Below, one piece after another: positions 9,216 to 19,144 of a DNA stretch of 43,868 nt. Positions within the stretch are counted from its first letter, which is position 1. Every line of letters starts with the position of its first letter. The notes under the pieces are model-generated. The model was not told where the DNA came from, ran no database searches, and worked only from the letters and a program-made list of their open reading frames with translations. Source of the DNA: Bacteroidota bacterium (GTDB lineage: Bacteria; Bacteroidota; Bacteroidia; Bacteroidales; F082). The position numbers were made by a program, and so were the translations under genes. Location of the stretch: assembly GCA_024276895.1 (NCBI GenBank), contig JAJRWG010000158.1, forward strand, positions 1 through 43,868. The letters are read 5' to 3'.

Positions 9216-12200
9216 ATGATAAAAAACTTACTCCTCACCCTTGGTTTAATTCTTGTTACAAGCTTAGTGGCGTTAGCCCAGCAGGGGGCCATTAAAGGAA
9301 AAATTTACGACAAAGAAACCAAAGAGCCTATTCCGTTTGCAAATATTGTACTCGAAAACAAAGGTTCGATGGTCGGTGGTGCAACCTCCGACTTCGATGG
9401 CAACTTCATCATCAAACCTATCCCTCCGGGAAAGTATGATCTGAAAGCAACCTTTGTCGGTTACAAAACCAGCATTACACAAGGAATCGTTATTGGCGGA
9501 GACAAAATCCGGATGTTCGACATTGAGTTGACACCCACGGCTGAGATGCTGGAAGAGGTGGAAATTACAACCTATGTTGTTCCTTTGATTGATAAAGACC
9601 GTACAGTTAGCGGTGCCACGGTTACTGCCGAAGAGATTGCCAAACTACCAAGCCGGACAGCCAATGCGGTTGCCGTGACGGTGGGTGGTGTATTTTCACA
9701 GGACGGTGAACGGGGCAGTGTTCGCGGGGCACGTTCCGACCAGACGGCTACCTTTATTGACGGCGTCAGGATCATCGGAATGTCAAACATACCACAGGCA
9801 GCCATCGAGCAGGTTGACGTTATCCTTGGCGGGGTGCCTGCCCGGTACGGTGATGCCACCTCCGGTATTATCAATGTAACCACCAAAGGGCCGGCTCGTC
9901 AGTTTGGTGCAGGTATCGAACTGGAGACCTCGCAGTACCTTGACCCCTACGGTCACAACCGCGTGGCATTCAGTTTGATGGGACCGCTGATCAAGGGAAA
10001 AAACAAAAACAATACTTCCCTTTTGGGCTATTTCATTGCCGGGGAAGCCAATTTTAACAAGGATGGACGTCCTTCTTCAAAAGGTTATTATACCTTGAAT
10101 GACGATGTATTGAATTCCATTCAACAAAATCCGCTCAGGCCTTCGGGCTCGGGGACCGGTACTTTTCTGAACGCCGAATATCTGCGAAAAAGCGATACGA
10201 AAGTGGTCAAAACAAGCCTCAACACAGCAGGACAAACCTACAACTTCATCGGTAATATCAACATTCGCACCACCGAGACCATCAACCTGACAATCGGCGG
10301 AAGTTACATCTACAGAAGCGGTAACTCCTACAGCTATTCAGGCTCAATGGCAAATTATGACAAAAACCGGACCCGAAAAGATGAGAGCATCAGGGGATAC
10401 GTCAAGTTCACCCAGCGTTTTCCGGTTTCCGAAGGCAGCACCTCAGCATTTAAGAATTTTTACTACTCCCTTCAGTTTGACTACACCAAAAACAGGGGAG
10501 AATTCGGTGACCCCTACCACGGTAGCAACCTCTTCAATTATGGTTACATCGGTAAATTTACCTCCTACAAAACCCCGACTTTTGAATTGGGAAGTGACAC
10601 GGTTAACGGACAGTTTTACGACAATGTCTGGGTACTGAATTCCTGGGACTTTGATACGCTGACTACCTGGGATCCCAGGGATGTCAATCCGCTTGTGGCC
10701 AATTTCACGAGTGACTATTACAAGATTTACGAAGGCGATCCCGAAGGCCACTACCGCAACCGGGACGATATCATTTTGGGCGGTGGATTGTACAATGGTT
10801 ATTCACCAGGTTCTATTTACAACCTCTACCAGTCGCCCGGAACCAACCAAACCGGTTACGGAAAATACGAGAACGACCAGTACAATATCAGAATGGATGC
10901 CTCGCTTGACATTAAAAACCATGCACTTAAGCTGGGTTTTCAATATGAGCAAAGGGTGAGCAGCTTCATCAACTATAATCCGACAGGATTGTGGACACTG
11001 ATGTGGGGACTGACAAACTTCCACTTACGTGAATTGGACAAAGACAATCACGAGTTGATCAGCTATGACGGACAGGTGGATACCATTATGTATCCCAGAA
11101 AATACGATCCGAATTCGCAGCGGGTGTTCGACATCAATCTGCGCAAATTGCTTGGCTTGCCTGTGGACGGCCTGGAATACATCGTCACCGATTCGTATGA
11201 CTCCGAAGCCAATACCTTTGATTATTACGATGCAAACGGGGTGATGCACACCGTCTCGCTGGGAGACAAAAGCCTCAACATCGGGATGTTTTCAGCCGAT
11301 GAATTGTGGAACAACGGGCTGTCGTATCTGAATTATTCCGGATTTGATTACGAGGGGAACCTGATCAAAGGACAACAACCTTCGTTTGAGGATTTCTGGA
11401 CGGCTACCGACGAGAATGGCATCTACACCAGGCCCATCGGGTCTTTCAGACCCATTTACATGGCCGGTTACATTCAGGACCAATTTGCGTTCAAAGACCT
11501 TATTTTTAATGTAGGTGTGCGTGTTGACCGTTACGATGCCAACCAAAAAGTGTTGTCAGACCCATTCCTGCTTTATCCGGCCGAAACGGTTAACGAAGTA
11601 AATTCTCTTGACGGGGCTCCGGGTGAAACCATTAGTCATCCCTCGAACATGGGCGATGACTTTGTTGTTTATGTGGACAAAGTGGAAGACCCGACCAGGG
11701 TTGTGGGATACCGTGACGGTTACATCTGGTACAATGCCGAAGGTATCGAAATTGGTGACCCGAACATCCTGGATGTGGGTGCCGGTATTTCGCCAAAACT
11801 GGTCGATCCAAAGCAAGACCTGCCAACACCCACATCGTTCAAGGATTACGATCCGCAAATTAACGTAATGCCGCGTATTTCATTCTCATTCCCGATTTCG
11901 GATGAAGCACTGTTTTTTGCCCATTACGACATCCTGACACAGCGGCCTACCAGCAACCTGTACACCAGCCCGGCAACCTGGTACTTCTTTAACTCCGTTG
12001 GCAACACCCTGAACAATCCCTCGCTGAAACCAACAAAGACTATCGATTACGAATTGGGTTTCACACAAAAGGTGTCCAATACTTCTTCGGTAACCTTTAC
12101 CACTTTTTACCGTGAATTGCGCGACATGACCCAGATTTACCGTTTTAACGGAGCCTATCCCAAAGACTTCACCTCTTACAATAACATCGACTTTGGAACG

Positions 12201-12938
12201 GTAAAAGGCCTGACACTGGAATACGACCTGCGCCGGACAAACAATTTGAGGCTGCGTGCTTCTTACACTCTACAGTTTGCCGATGCTACCGGTTCGTCAA
12301 CAACAACAGCGGCCTCGCTAATCAGATCGGGATTGCCCAACCTGCGCTCAACCTTCCCCATGCCATGGGACAGAAGGCATGCTTTCAATATTGTGCTTGA
12401 TTACCGCTGGGGCTCAGGAAAAGAATATAACGGGCCCAGAACAAAAAGGGACGGAAAAGGGAAACCACCCATCGACTGGTTGAGCAACCTCGGGTTTAAC
12501 CTGACAGTATCCGGTGGTTCGGGAACACCTTACACGGCTTCGCGTAATGTTACTTCTCCCATTTCGGGTGGTACCAGGCTGCTGAGAGGAACCTACGGCG
12601 GTTCAAGACTTCCCTGGCAATTCCGTCTCGACCTCAGGATTGACAAAGACATTTATTTCAAATTGAAGAAGTCGGAAGGCGATAACACCAAGAGAGCATA
12701 CATGAATGTGTATTTTCAGATACTCAATCTGTTAGACACGAAAAATGTGCTCAATGTTTATACTTACACCGGAAACCCGGACGACGACGGTTACCTGTCA
12801 GCACCTGAATGGCAACGTGAGATCAACAACCAGCTTGACCCACAGTCCTTCAGAGACCTGTATGGTATTTTCGTGGACAACCCATCCAACTACAGTTTAC
12901 CGAGACAAATCCGGCTTGGTTTAATTTTCAACTTCTAA
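9216..12938 (+). CDS. TonB-dependent-receptor-type outer-membrane barrel with N-terminal carboxypeptidase-regulatory-like domain
   Basis: 1240 aa. Signal peptide, CarboxypepD_reg-like fold (GKIYDKETKEPIPFANIVLEN...DGNFIIKPIPPGKYDLKATFVGY), plug-like segment (SVRGARSDQTATFIDGVRIIG...VDVILGGVPARYGDATSGIINVTTKG), a long beta-rich region, and a C-terminal aromatic residue (LIFNF). Confidence 0.85.
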   Translation: MIKNLLLTLGLILVTSLVALAQQGAIKGKIYDKETKEPIPFANIVLENKGSMVGGATSDFDGNFIIKPIPPGKYDLKATFVGYKTSITQGIVIGGDKIRMFDIELTPTAEMLEEVEITTYVVPLIDKDRTVSGATVTAEEIAKLPSRTANAVAVTVGGVFSQDGERGSVRGARSDQTATFIDGVRIIGMSNIPQAAIEQVDVILGGVPARYGDATSGIINVTTKGPARQFGAGIELETSQYLDPYGHNRVAFSLMGPLIKGKNKNNTSLLGYFIAGEANFNKDGRPSSKGYYTLNDDVLNSIQQNPLRPSGSGTGTFLNAEYLRKSDTKVVKTSLNTAGQTYNFIGNINIRTTETINLTIGGSYIYRSGNSYSYSGSMANYDKNRTRKDESIRGYVKFTQRFPVSEGSTSAFKNFYYSLQFDYTKNRGEFGDPYHGSNLFNYGYIGKFTSYKTPTFELGSDTVNGQFYDNVWVLNSWDFDTLTTWDPRDVNPLVANFTSDYYKIYEGDPEGHYRNRDDIILGGGLYNGYSPGSIYNLYQSPGTNQTGYGKYENDQYNIRMDASLDIKNHALKLGFQYEQRVSSFINYNPTGLWTLMWGLTNFHLRELDKDNHELISYDGQVDTIMYPRKYDPNSQRVFDINLRKLLGLPVDGLEYIVTDSYDSEANTFDYYDANGVMHTVSLGDKSLNIGMFSADELWNNGLSYLNYSGFDYEGNLIKGQQPSFEDFWTATDENGIYTRPIGSFRPIYMAGYIQDQFAFKDLIFNVGVRVDRYDANQKVLSDPFLLYPAETVNEVNSLDGAPGETISHPSNMGDDFVVYVDKVEDPTRVVGYRDGYIWYNAEGIEIGDPNILDVGAGISPKLVDPKQDLPTPTSFKDYDPQINVMPRISFSFPISDEALFFAHYDILTQRPTSNLYTSPATWYFFNSVGNTLNNPSLKPTKTIDYELGFTQKVSNTSSVTFTTFYRELRDMTQIYRFNGAYPKDFTSYNNIDFGTVKGLTLEYDLRRTNNLRLRASYTLQFADATGSSTTTAASLIRSGLPNLRSTFPMPWDRRHAFNIVLDYRWGSGKEYNGPRTKRDGKGKPPIDWLSNLGFNLTVSGGSGTPYTASRNVTSPISGGTRLLRGTYGGSRLPWQFRLDLRIDKDIYFKLKKSEGDNTKRAYMNVYFQILNLLDTKNVLNVYTYTGNPDDDGYLSAPEWQREINNQLDPQSFRDLYGIFVDNPSNYSLPRQIRLGLIFNF

Positions 12939-12984
12939 TTGTCAAAAGAATCAGAAATATTACCTTAGAAAAATTTCAACGATC

Positions 12985-15900
12985 ATGAATAATATTACTC
13001 GGGCTTTAATCATTGTTTTCATTTCAGCAGCATTTATCACTCAACTGAATGCTGAGGAATATAAATACTGGAAGAAGCAAGGAACCAACCTAAAGGAAAC
13101 AACGGCAGGCTGTGCACCTGCTGCCGGCTTCGACTGGCTTGATATTAACAATGTGCGCGCAAGGATCAATACCGGTGGCGACATGTGGTGGGACCTGCCC
13201 GGCGGCGTTGGCGCAAAATATTATATCCCTGCCAACGGAACGGCAACTTCATTGTTTGCCGGTGCCTTGTGGATTGGTGGCCTTGATATTAACAACCAGT
13301 TAAAACTGGCCGCACAGAAATTCAGGCAAAACGGTATCGACTACTGGACAGGTCCGCTGACCGTTGACGGAACGGCTGCTATTGGAGCGGCAACCTGTGC
13401 CGAGTACGACCAGTTTTTCAAAATGACACGGGAAGTTGTTGATGAGTTTCTGGCGCATACCAACCCGGAGACAGGTGCCTTTGAACCCAGCGACGATTAC
13501 CAGATACCTGCTGAAATTACCAAATGGCCTGCACACGGTGACGTTTCCAAAGGGCAAAGTTACTACCTGGCCCCGTTTTACGATAACAATGATGACGGTT
13601 TTTACGAGCCCGAAGCAGGCGATTATCCTTATTACGACATTGAAAATGCCCTCTGCCACACCAGCTTTCCCACGATGGAAGAGGAACTGGAAGGCACGCT
13701 GACCAACAGTATTCTTGTTGACCAGGTCATCAAAGGCGACCAGACGCTGTGGTGGGTATTCAACGACAAAGGAGATATTCACACCGAAACCAACGGATCA
13801 TCCATTGGCATGGAAATCCGTGCCCAGGCATTTGCCTTTGCCACCAACGATGTGATCAACGACATGACCTTTTACAGTTATGAGATCATTAATCGCTCGA
13901 CTTTTGAACTGACTCAAACATTCTTCTCTCCCTGGGTTGACCCTGATCTGGGATTTGCTTTTGACGACTTTGTCGGTTGCGACGTTGCCCGCGGACTGGG
14001 CTACTGTTACAACGGTGCCGCCGTTGACGGAAGCGGTGACGTTGAAGCCTACGGCGACCAGCCCCCTGCTATCGGTGTTGACTTTTTTCAGGGGCCGTAC
14101 CTTGACCCTGACGGCCAGGACAACCCGAAATACGATCCTGTGATAGATCCCGGAACCGGTGACACAACTTATGAGCAGCGCTGCGACGTTAGTATAAACG
14201 GCGTTAACTTCGGAAACGGCATTGTGGACGATGAGCGTTACGGAATGCGCCGTTTCGTGTACTACAACAATTCGAGCAGTAACCAAATTGGTGAACCGCG
14301 AACGGCTCCCGATTATTATAATTATTTACGTGGTATCTGGCTTGACGGTACAAAAATGGTCTATGGCGGCAACGGTCATGTGGCCGGTTCGGGTTCGGTA
14401 GGCCCCGAATGCGACTTCATGTTTCCCGGCGATTCAGACCCTTGTAACTGGGGAACACAGGGAAAACAACCCAATGGTGGGTTCAATCAGAATGGTTTCT
14501 TCTGGACAGAGGAAACGGGAAACAACGGAACACCCAATCCTCCCGGTGACCGTCGTTTCATGCAATCGGCAGGTCCTTTTACATTGAAACCCGGGGCAGT
14601 AAATTACATTACAGTAGGTATTCCATGGGCCAGGGCAACCGCCGGTGGCGCCTTTGCTTCGGTAGAGCAACTGCGCGTTGTGGATGATAAATGCCAGGCA
14701 CTTTTTGATAACTGTTTTAAGGTTATTGACGGACCCAGCGCACCGGACCTTACATTTACCGAGCTGGACAGAAAACTCATTGTGTACATTTCAAATTCCC
14801 CGACATCAAACAACTACAAGGAAGCCTACCAGGAGTGGGACCCAAATATTATTCAACCCAATCCGGCCAATCCCGAAGAGCGAAGTGACTCGCTCTACCG
14901 TTTCGAGGGCTACCAGATTTATCAACTGAAAAATGCCTCCGTAAGCATTGGTGACCTTGGCGATGTGGACAAGGTGAGGCTTGTTGCTCAGTTTGACAAG
15001 AAAAACGGAATAACAAAAATTGTAAATTACTATTACAATGATTTTATCGGCGGAAACGAGCCTGTTGTGGAAGTCATTGGCGGCGACAACGGCATACAGC
15101 ACTCTTTTATCCTCTCTCAGGATGCTTTTGCCGAGAAAGATGTTACGCTGGTTAATAATAAGGTGTATTACTACCTGGCCATTGCCTATGCCCACAACAA
15201 TTATCTCGACTATGGTCCTGGTCCTGACAATTACCTGGGCCAGACCATGCCTTATCTTTCGGGCAGAAAAAATATTAAGTCGTATGCCGTCATGCCGCAC
15301 AAAACCATCAATGGTGTGGTAATCAACGGCGACTACGGTGAGAGTCCATCCATGACGCGTATTGCCGGTAACGGTAACGGCGGACTGATTGTTGACCTGA
15401 CACCGGAAACGATCGAGGAAATTCTGTCCAAACCGCCGGCGGGTCCTGACAACCCCTTCGGTGCGCCTGATTATCCGATTGCTTACAACGCCAAATATGT
15501 CACAAACGGCAGTCCGGTTAACATCACCATTATTAATCCCTTGAGTGTCAAGCCCGGAACCTATACCTGGTGGATGGACACGCTGTTTCCTGAAAAACTG
15601 TACAACATCACCGGCAGAATTGAACTGCGTGGCGACACAACAAGTAAACTGGTGGGCGACTGGTTTATCCAGAACAATGAAACCGGAGAGATCTTCAAAA
15701 GCGATACGACCATTATTGTTGACAACGAGCAGTTGTTTCCCGATTTGGGTTTTTCAGTAAATGTGCTCCAGCCATATTACCCGGGGCCCATTGCTATCGG
15801 AACAGTTCAGGTTGGAAACGCCCCTAAAATATTTTATGAGGTACTGGCCGGTAACAACGGCCTGCTGGAAGCAAACATGTCTTTCGCCGACAGTTCGAAC

Positions 15901-17352
15901 CGCTGGCTCAGTGGCATAGAAGACCAGGACATTCCAGGAAATGCACTCGACTGGATCCGCTCGGGAACACACCGTGAGGGTGCCGATAACGGTAATCCTG
16001 CGAATAACGACTGGATCATGAAACCCGCCCCGCCCAACCCATGGGACCCGGGTGAAGTGTATGAAAAGATGATTGACGGTACCTGGGCACCTTACGGAAT
16101 GACAGCTTACGGACATAATATTCCGGCCTTGTCGTCCAGCGACCTTCAAAGTGCTTTCGGACCGGCATTGAATGCTTCATCTAAAAAAGCGTCAAAACTA
16201 TCAGACATCGCTAGTGTGGACATTGTATTTACACCGGATAAAACCAAATGGACACGGTCGGTTGTCATTGAAATGGGTATCGAAGAAGACCTTGTGGAAG
16301 GCGGTGTGAAGCGGTTTGCCCTGCGTGCGGCACCTTCAGTTGACAAAGACGGGAATTTTGCCACTTTGGGCTCAGGTCCCAGTGAGAATGAAAATGACCC
16401 GAACTACATCAGTGATCATGGTATGGGATGGTTCCCCGGATATTGTATCAATGTGGAAACCGGAGAACGTTTGAACATTCTTTATGGTGAAAATTCATAC
16501 CTCGTTGCGCAGAACGGGCGTGACATGCAGTTTAATCCTCCGCCACGCGACCTGACGTTGGCCGACCAGCGCGCCGACCCCAATATTTTTGTAGGGCCTG
16601 ATGTGCCCGGACCCGATCCTTACGGTTTGAAAGAACCTGTAATGGGTGGTCAGCACTATGTTTTCATCCAGGCACACAGAACCATTAAAGCACCCACCGG
16701 TTTTGATTTCTCTTTCAATGTACCGGCCTATGATGCAGGACGATACAATGTTCAGTTGCTGGATACCATTTTTGAAACCACAACCTTGTTTGCACTTCAG
16801 TCTTTTTACGGCTCGATGATGTACGTGGGCATGCCCATGGGCGTGAAGGGACAGGAGTGGCTCAACAATGAGGTCACCATCCGCATCCGGATTGCCAAGC
16901 CGTTTGAGAGAGGTTTCAGCAATGTACCCCTCGACTCGGTTTATCCCGGAACGGATGTGAACAATTTCTATCCTTCTTTCGAGTTTTCGATGGACGGTCT
17001 GGCCACGCAGTACGATGTGGCCGAAAAACACCAGACCGATCTGGATGAAATTAACATCGTCCCCAACCCTTACTATGCATATTCGTTTTACGAAAACAAT
17101 GCACTGGACACAAGGGTGAAAATTACGAACCTGCCGAAGAAAAGTAAGATCATCATTTTTGATATCTCCGGAACCAAGATCCGTGAGTTCTCGAAAGACT
17201 CACCGGAAACAACACTGGAGTGGGATTTGAAAAACTTTGCCGGAGTACCAATCGCCGGCGGTGTGTATTATATTCATGTAAAATCTGATCAGGGAGAACG
17301 TATTTTAAAGTGGTTCAGCATCCAGCGTATTCCTGACCTGAACACCTTCTAA
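12985..17352 (+). CDS. Very large secreted protein of unknown function with a T9SS C-terminal sorting domain
   Basis: 1455 aa. N-terminal signal peptide (ALIIVFISAAFITQLNA). The last ~85 aa fit a T9SS CTD (INIVPNPYYAYSF...KITNLPKKSKIIIFDISGTKI...WDLKNFAGVPIAGGVYYIHVKSDQGERILKWFSIQR). No catalytic motif recognised in the body. Confidence 0.85.
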   Translation: MNNITRALIIVFISAAFITQLNAEEYKYWKKQGTNLKETTAGCAPAAGFDWLDINNVRARINTGGDMWWDLPGGVGAKYYIPANGTATSLFAGALWIGGLDINNQLKLAAQKFRQNGIDYWTGPLTVDGTAAIGAATCAEYDQFFKMTREVVDEFLAHTNPETGAFEPSDDYQIPAEITKWPAHGDVSKGQSYYLAPFYDNNDDGFYEPEAGDYPYYDIENALCHTSFPTMEEELEGTLTNSILVDQVIKGDQTLWWVFNDKGDIHTETNGSSIGMEIRAQAFAFATNDVINDMTFYSYEIINRSTFELTQTFFSPWVDPDLGFAFDDFVGCDVARGLGYCYNGAAVDGSGDVEAYGDQPPAIGVDFFQGPYLDPDGQDNPKYDPVIDPGTGDTTYEQRCDVSINGVNFGNGIVDDERYGMRRFVYYNNSSSNQIGEPRTAPDYYNYLRGIWLDGTKMVYGGNGHVAGSGSVGPECDFMFPGDSDPCNWGTQGKQPNGGFNQNGFFWTEETGNNGTPNPPGDRRFMQSAGPFTLKPGAVNYITVGIPWARATAGGAFASVEQLRVVDDKCQALFDNCFKVIDGPSAPDLTFTELDRKLIVYISNSPTSNNYKEAYQEWDPNIIQPNPANPEERSDSLYRFEGYQIYQLKNASVSIGDLGDVDKVRLVAQFDKKNGITKIVNYYYNDFIGGNEPVVEVIGGDNGIQHSFILSQDAFAEKDVTLVNNKVYYYLAIAYAHNNYLDYGPGPDNYLGQTMPYLSGRKNIKSYAVMPHKTINGVVINGDYGESPSMTRIAGNGNGGLIVDLTPETIEEILSKPPAGPDNPFGAPDYPIAYNAKYVTNGSPVNITIINPLSVKPGTYTWWMDTLFPEKLYNITGRIELRGDTTSKLVGDWFIQNNETGEIFKSDTTIIVDNEQLFPDLGFSVNVLQPYYPGPIAIGTVQVGNAPKIFYEVLAGNNGLLEANMSFADSSNRWLSGIEDQDIPGNALDWIRSGTHREGADNGNPANNDWIMKPAPPNPWDPGEVYEKMIDGTWAPYGMTAYGHNIPALSSSDLQSAFGPALNASSKKASKLSDIASVDIVFTPDKTKWTRSVVIEMGIEEDLVEGGVKRFALRAAPSVDKDGNFATLGSGPSENENDPNYISDHGMGWFPGYCINVETGERLNILYGENSYLVAQNGRDMQFNPPPRDLTLADQRADPNIFVGPDVPGPDPYGLKEPVMGGQHYVFIQAHRTIKAPTGFDFSFNVPAYDAGRYNVQLLDTIFETTTLFALQSFYGSMMYVGMPMGVKGQEWLNNEVTIRIRIAKPFERGFSNVPLDSVYPGTDVNNFYPSFEFSMDGLATQYDVAEKHQTDLDEINIVPNPYYAYSFYENNALDTRVKITNLPKKSKIIIFDISGTKIREFSKDSPETTLEWDLKNFAGVPIAGGVYYIHVKSDQGERILKWFSIQRIPDLNTF

Positions 17353-17393
17353 AACACGAATAGAAATAACAATCAGAAAAAATCATATTTATT

Positions 17394-18461
17394 ATGAAAC
17401 ATTTTTATAAATACCTGGCTTTCGGATTAATAGCCCTGTTAATAATTCCGGCATCATTGCATGTTTTCGCCGGGAACAAAGACCGTTCGGGGCAGGCTGG
17501 AGCTGCCGAATTATTGATAAACCCCTGGACACGCAGCAGTGGCTGGGGAAGCGCCAATATGGCAAAGGTTAAAGGCCTGGAGGCCATGTGGGGCAATGTG
17601 GCAGGTGTGGCTTTCACCGGAAGAACACAGGTTATCTTTTCGTATACGCAGTGGCTTAAAGGTTCCGGCACTACAATTAGTGCCTTTGGTGTAGCTCAAA
17701 GGGTTGGTGAAGCCGGAGTCCTTGGTATTTCTGTAATGTCGATGGGCTTTGGTGAAATTGAAATTACCACTACCGATAGCCCTGAAGGAGGACTGGGTGT
17801 GTACAAACCCAATCTGATGAATATTGCCCTGTCGTATTCAAAAGCCTTTTCAAACAGTATCTACGCAGGTTTGTTGGTGAAGATAATCTCCGAATCAATT
17901 TCCGATGTCAGTGCTGTCGGTGTAGCCATTGATGCAGGTATCCAGTATGTGACAGGTGCGGAAGAGCAGATTTCTTTTGGCATCTCGCTGAAGAATGTGG
18001 GACCGAAAATGAAGTTCTCAGGTGACGGACTTTCCTTACGTGCTTTCATTCCGGGTCAGGAAACGCAGTTCACACTTGAGCAACGTTCTGCGGCATTTGA
18101 AATTCCTGCCCAGCTGAATATTGGCCTGGCCTACGATTTCCTCTTCCCCAAAGAATTCCGCCTGACACTGGCAGGAAACTTTACGTCGAACTCCTTTACC
18201 AAAGACCAGTTTGCACTGGGTCTGGAGTTTGCCTTCAAAAACATTGTCATGTTAAGGGGAGGTTATACTTACGAAAATGGCATGTGGGATGATATTAACA
18301 CTTCGAACAAGACCAATGTAAGCAGTGGTGTTAGTGCCGGAATCACCGTAGCAGTGCCCCTGAACAAGGAAAAAGGCAGCTACATCGGCATTGATTATGC
18401 GTTCAGGGAAACGGTAGCCTTTAACAATAACCACACTTTCGGCATCATTTTTAATTTTTAG
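17394..18461 (+). CDS. PorV/PorQ-family (FadL-like) outer-membrane beta-barrel
   Basis: 355 aa. Signal peptide, N-terminal pattern AAELLINPWTRSSGWGSANMA...MWGNVAGVA resembling the PorV/PorQ N-terminal motif, alternating beta-strand pattern, C-terminal IIFNF. Confidence 0.65.
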   Translation: MKHFYKYLAFGLIALLIIPASLHVFAGNKDRSGQAGAAELLINPWTRSSGWGSANMAKVKGLEAMWGNVAGVAFTGRTQVIFSYTQWLKGSGTTISAFGVAQRVGEAGVLGISVMSMGFGEIEITTTDSPEGGLGVYKPNLMNIALSYSKAFSNSIYAGLLVKIISESISDVSAVGVAIDAGIQYVTGAEEQISFGISLKNVGPKMKFSGDGLSLRAFIPGQETQFTLEQRSAAFEIPAQLNIGLAYDFLFPKEFRLTLAGNFTSNSFTKDQFALGLEFAFKNIVMLRGGYTYENGMWDDINTSNKTNVSSGVSAGITVAVPLNKEKGSYIGIDYAFRETVAFNNNHTFGIIFNF

Positions 18462-18492
18462 AGATTATCTCAACCATTTAGTTGATTCTCTT

Positions 18493-18500
18493 TATATTTG
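18493..18500 (+). promoter_or_regulatory. Candidate -7 promoter box (TATATTTG) upstream of greA
   Basis: This is the only TAnnTTTG match in the 110-nt gap before greA. It lies upstream of the hairpin at 18513-18540. Confidence 0.3.
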
Positions 18501-18512
18501 CAGATGAAGAAA

Positions 18513-18540
18513 GGCCCTTAATAACTTTTAAGGGTCTTTT
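18513..18540 (+). terminator. Intrinsic-terminator-like hairpin between the PorV-like gene and greA
   Basis: GGCCCTTAA (18513-18521) pairs with TTAAGGGTC (18528-18536): 9 bp including one G-T wobble, 6-nt loop, followed by TTTT. Confidence 0.55.
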
Positions 18541-18571
18541 ATCGTATGCAATGTTTAAAACATGAAAAGCA

Positions 18572-19045
18572 ATGACCGAGTCAAAGTACTTTACAGCAGA
18601 GGGGCTAAAGCGCTTGCGAAACGAGCTGGAAAAACTGAAGGCAGTTGAACGCCCGCGCATCTCGCGCCAGATTGCCGAAGCAAGGGATAAAGGCGACTTA
18701 TCGGAAAATGCAGAGTACGATGCAGCCAAAGAAGCCCAGGGTTTGCTCGAACTTCGAATCTCCAAATTACAGGACAAGCTGAGGAATGCCAGAATTATTG
18801 ATGAATCGAAAATGGATAGCTCCAAAGCGCTGCTGCTGTCCACGGTTACCATTAAAAATCTGAAAAACGGGGCTCAAATGAAATACACCCTTGTTCCCGA
18901 AGATGATTCAGACCTGAAAAAAGGAAAAATATCTGTTGAATCGCCCATTGCCAAAGGCCTGCTTGGAAAGCAAGTGGGCGACAAGGTGGAAATAAAAGTG
19001 CCTGCCGGCATCATCCCTTTTGAAATCATCGAAATTTCTCGTTAA
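18572..19045 (+). CDS. greA: Transcription elongation factor GreA
   Basis: 157 aa. Coiled-coil N-domain with the acidic-tip context (ARDKGDLSENAEYDAAKE) and a C-terminal globular domain. Confidence 0.95.
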   Translation: MTESKYFTAEGLKRLRNELEKLKAVERPRISRQIAEARDKGDLSENAEYDAAKEAQGLLELRISKLQDKLRNARIIDESKMDSSKALLLSTVTIKNLKNGAQMKYTLVPEDDSDLKKGKISVESPIAKGLLGKQVGDKVEIKVPAGIIPFEIIEISR

Positions 19046-19144
19046 TCCCACCGGCTTCGATCAGTTGGCAAAAGGGAATACTTTTCAAAAGCGTTGTTTT
19101 GTAAAAGATGATTAACTTTGGTGTGAATATTTATCTCTTGCACC

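Noticed and set aside
12985-17352. Identification of the 1455-aa CTD protein as the T9SS sortase PorU, because it sits directly upstream of a PorV-like gene
   Set aside because: I could not find a gingipain/C25-type His-Cys catalytic arrangement or other PorU-like blocks in the sequence. The adjacency alone is not enough.
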